Part shown: one piece after another, positions 61,806-64,000 of the stretch
Layout of the letters: every line of letters starts with the position of its first letter
Numbering within the stretch: position 1 is the first letter of the stretch
Source of the DNA: an uncultured Alphaproteobacteria bacterium
GTDB lineage: Bacteria > Pseudomonadota > Alphaproteobacteria > Caulobacterales > Caulobacteraceae
NCBI GenBank assembly: GCA_937920085.1
Contig: CALETE010000076.1
Coordinates: forward strand, 6,927-70,926
Length of the DNA stretch: 64,000 bases
Direction: 5' to 3'
Program-made: the position numbers and the translations under genes
Notes under the pieces: model-generated
Told to the model about the DNA's origin: nothing
Seen by the model: the letters and a program-made list of their open reading frames with translations, nothing else
The model's database searches: none

Positions 61806-63209
61806 CTAACGTAACGCGATGAGCTGGGCCTCATCGGTCACAATGTACAAAACGCCGTTCAGCGCGATCGGCCCCAGGAGAACAGGCTGGCCAAGATCAA
61901 GGGTCTTCTCCAATGCCCCCGTCTTCGCATTGATCGCCTTCAATTGCCCTGTATCCGAGGCGGTGATCAGCTTCCCGCTGGCGAGGATCGGGCTGGACCA
62001 AAGGGGCTTCGCGGCATTCTTCTTAGCGCCACGGCCAATCTTGGTGACAAAGTCCCAGCGCCCTTTCTTGATCTTCCCCTCATTGAGATCTCGGACCCAA
62101 TAGATCTGCCCGGTCTCCCGTGAGATGCAGTAAACCTTTCCAGGCTTATCAACCACATAGACGACATCGCCAGCGGGCAAGGGGGATGTGATACCGGTAA
62201 TCGGTAGCGTCCATCTTGGCTGGCCGGTCCTAAGGTCTGTCGCGGCCAGAAGGCCTGAATGGCTTACCGCAAAGACATCGCCTTGATAGATCACCGGGCG
62301 GCCAGGAATATCGCGGATTTCGGATAGAGCGTTTGTCCGGCTCGCCTTAGATAGCGCTTCATTCCAAAGATCATTTCCGTTGGCGGTCCGCAGGGCAACA
62401 ACTTCCCCTGAGCCAAAGGTGGCAACAACCGTATCGCCTGAAACAGCAGGGCTCGACGCGCCCAGAATACGTGCCGATTCAGAAAGCGCCTGATAGGTCC
62501 AACCGACGGCACCCGTGGCGGCATCAAATGTCAAAAGTGTATTATCGATCGCAACCACAAAAACCCGACCGCCTGCGACGGTTGGCGCGGCATGGACAGG
62601 CTGTTCGGTATTGGTCCGCCACAGGAGGGCACCAGTATCGGCGTTGATCTGGGCAATGAAGCGATAGCCCGAAGACACGGTCAACTTACCGTCAGCCAGG
62701 GCGAGCCCCCCTCCGAAACCTTCGCGATCACGCTTCGATTTAGGACGAAGATCCACCTTCCAGACTTCAGCACCAGTCTTCGCGTCATGGGCGGAGACAG
62801 TCGCCTCAGCATCCATCACGTAAATCTTGCCATTTCCAGCTACCGGAGGTGCCGTGATGAAACCACCATTGCCGGACTTCTTCCCAAAACTCCGACGCCA
62901 GGAAATCTTCAGACTGCCCCCAGCGTCGACGTGCTCCATGGATTGCTCAGGGGTCCCCCCAGGAAGAGCCCATTCCGCAACCGGTTTCGGGTCAGGAAGA
63001 AAGAAGTCTGCGCCTTTCAGGCCTTCAGCGGGCTCCACCGCTTCATCTGGGGGATTAATCGCGATCCGCTTGCCCGCAGATGCCACTTCGGCTGGACCGG
63101 CATCAGATTTGTGAAAGGGATTGATCCGCTTAACAGTCGCGCAACCGCTCGCAGCAAGCAGAGTTGCAAGGCTAAGAATAAGAATGCCATTCCGGCGCAA
63201 GGACGTCAT
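61806..63209 (-). CDS. bamB: outer-membrane protein assembly factor BamB (PQQ-like beta-propeller lipoprotein)
   Basis: Lipobox LLAASGC and repeated propeller blades. Conserved position upstream of der. Confidence 0.85.
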   Translation of the reverse strand: MTSLRRNGILILSLATLLAASGCATVKRINPFHKSDAGPAEVASAGKRIAINPPDEAVEPAEGLKGADFFLPDPKPVAEWALPGGTPEQSMEHVDAGGSLKISWRRSFGKKSGNGGFITAPPVAGNGKIYVMDAEATVSAHDAKTGAEVWKVDLRPKSKRDREGFGGGLALADGKLTVSSGYRFIAQINADTGALLWRTNTEQPVHAAPTVAGGRVFVVAIDNTLLTFDAATGAVGWTYQALSESARILGASSPAVSGDTVVATFGSGEVVALRTANGNDLWNEALSKASRTNALSEIRDIPGRPVIYQGDVFAVSHSGLLAATDLRTGQPRWTLPITGITSPLPAGDVVYVVDKPGKVYCISRETGQIYWVRDLNEGKIKKGRWDFVTKIGRGAKKNAAKPLWSSPILASGKLITASDTGQLKAINAKTGALEKTLDLGQPVLLGPIALNGVLYIVTDEAQLIALR

Positions 63210-63967
63210 TGGGCGTTAGGGCCTGGCTGTTGCGGCATGCCGGGAAGTCCAGCACCGGGGGAAAGAACTTCAGGTAGTGGGGCGGCAAGGGCAGCTTTGA
63301 CAATGGCTGGCGTCAACTTAGCCGTTCCAGAGTCGATCAAAGACATGGCAGCACGCGCGCGTTCGCGGGACCCATCCTGGGCGTCAGGACTGAGGGACAG
63401 CACAACAAAATCTCCGCGGGCACCGGCCATATCCCCTGCCATCACCTTTGCGTAGGCCAAAACCTCCCGCGCCTCAGCGCGATAGGGGCGTCCGTCCTTC
63501 AAGAGCGGATCTAATCTCGCCTGCATGTCCTTCAGGGAGGCAGTATCCAAAAGTGCATAAGCAGATTTTAGTAAGGCCGCATCGCCAATCAGAGGATCTG
63601 GCGCGCTGGCAGCAGATTGATCGAAGAACTTTACGGCACCTGGGGTGTCATTGGCCGACAGCCGCAGAGCACCGAGATGCTGAAGCGCCAGGGATTTATA
63701 AACCTTCGAAGGTGAATTCGAGACCTCTGTCCAGAGCCCCTTGGCCTCTGCCGTACGGCCTTGGTCAAAAGCTTCTAACGCCTTGCTATAGCTTTCAGAC
63801 GCCTTGGAAGCTGCCTTCTCGCGATAGGAGGTGTAGCCGACAATCCCGCCATAGATAGCTAGTGCCGCCACAAGGGCACCAAGCCCCCAGGGAAGAAACT
63901 TAAGCGCAAGCGCCTTGTAGTGGTCTGAGCGAAGCTGCTCTTCAACCTCTTCAAAGACATCGACCAC
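63206..63967 (-). CDS. membrane-anchored tetratricopeptide-repeat protein (YfgM-like)
   Basis: N-terminal TM anchor (LPWGLGALVAALAIYGGIVGY), then TPR-like helices. Has a 4-nt overlap with the bamB start. Confidence 0.7.
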   Translation of the reverse strand: MVDVFEEVEEQLRSDHYKALALKFLPWGLGALVAALAIYGGIVGYTSYREKAASKASESYSKALEAFDQGRTAEAKGLWTEVSNSPSKVYKSLALQHLGALRLSANDTPGAVKFFDQSAASAPDPLIGDAALLKSAYALLDTASLKDMQARLDPLLKDGRPYRAEAREVLAYAKVMAGDMAGARGDFVVLSLSPDAQDGSRERARAAMSLIDSGTAKLTPAIVKAALAAPLPEVLSPGAGLPGMPQQPGPNAQ

Positions 63968-64000
63968 GTAAAAACTCCGCTCGAAAGGCGCAAAGGGATA

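Overview
This is a densely packed core-chromosome window from an alphaproteobacterium. My hand-counted 100-nt samples give about 54-56 % G+C in housekeeping genes. I can support 64 protein genes. Most fall in classic conserved blocks: dusB-ntrB-ntrC-ntrY-ntrX-dat-hfq-hflX with convergent mazG; ispDF; lipA; pdhA-pdhB-(GFA)-pdhC-lpdA with ftsB and eno upstream; rpmF; secG-pyrG; gmk-yicC-mltG-fabF-acpP-fabG-fabD (listed in ascending coordinates; all on the minus strand, so transcribed fabD to gmk); cspA; purC; rpsF-rpsR-rplI; a TonB-dependent receptor; dnaB-alr-radA-cvpA-purF; and TPR(yfgM-like)-bamB-der. Many neighbours are joined by 4-nt ATGA-type overlaps, which suggests translational coupling. 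By eye I found no rRNA, tRNA, CRISPR array, transposase, integrase, prophage or recognisable multi-gene defence island, so most of the window is ordinary. The parts worth a second look are all single genes or gene pairs. (1) An orphan 375-codon ORF (32474..33601) has no domain I can recognise, lower G+C than its neighbours and a 270-bp upstream gap. (2) A two-gene small-protein operon (41011..41512) sits divergent from cspA across a 30 % G+C region. (3) A lipoprotein with a lysophospholipase-like fold has lost its catalytic Ser and His, and lies next to a stand-alone Aas-type acyl-ACP synthetase. (4) An orphan receiver protein has substituted Mg/phospho-switch residues and an uncharacterised C-terminal domain. 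(5) Both NtrC and NtrX lack the GAFTGA sigma-54 contact loop. (6) A BASS-family transporter's conserved N-terminus has no ATG, GTG or TTG start. (7) Der carries an 87-residue basic tail that overlaps the convergent SDR gene. All homology calls come from motif recognition on the supplied translations, not from database searches.
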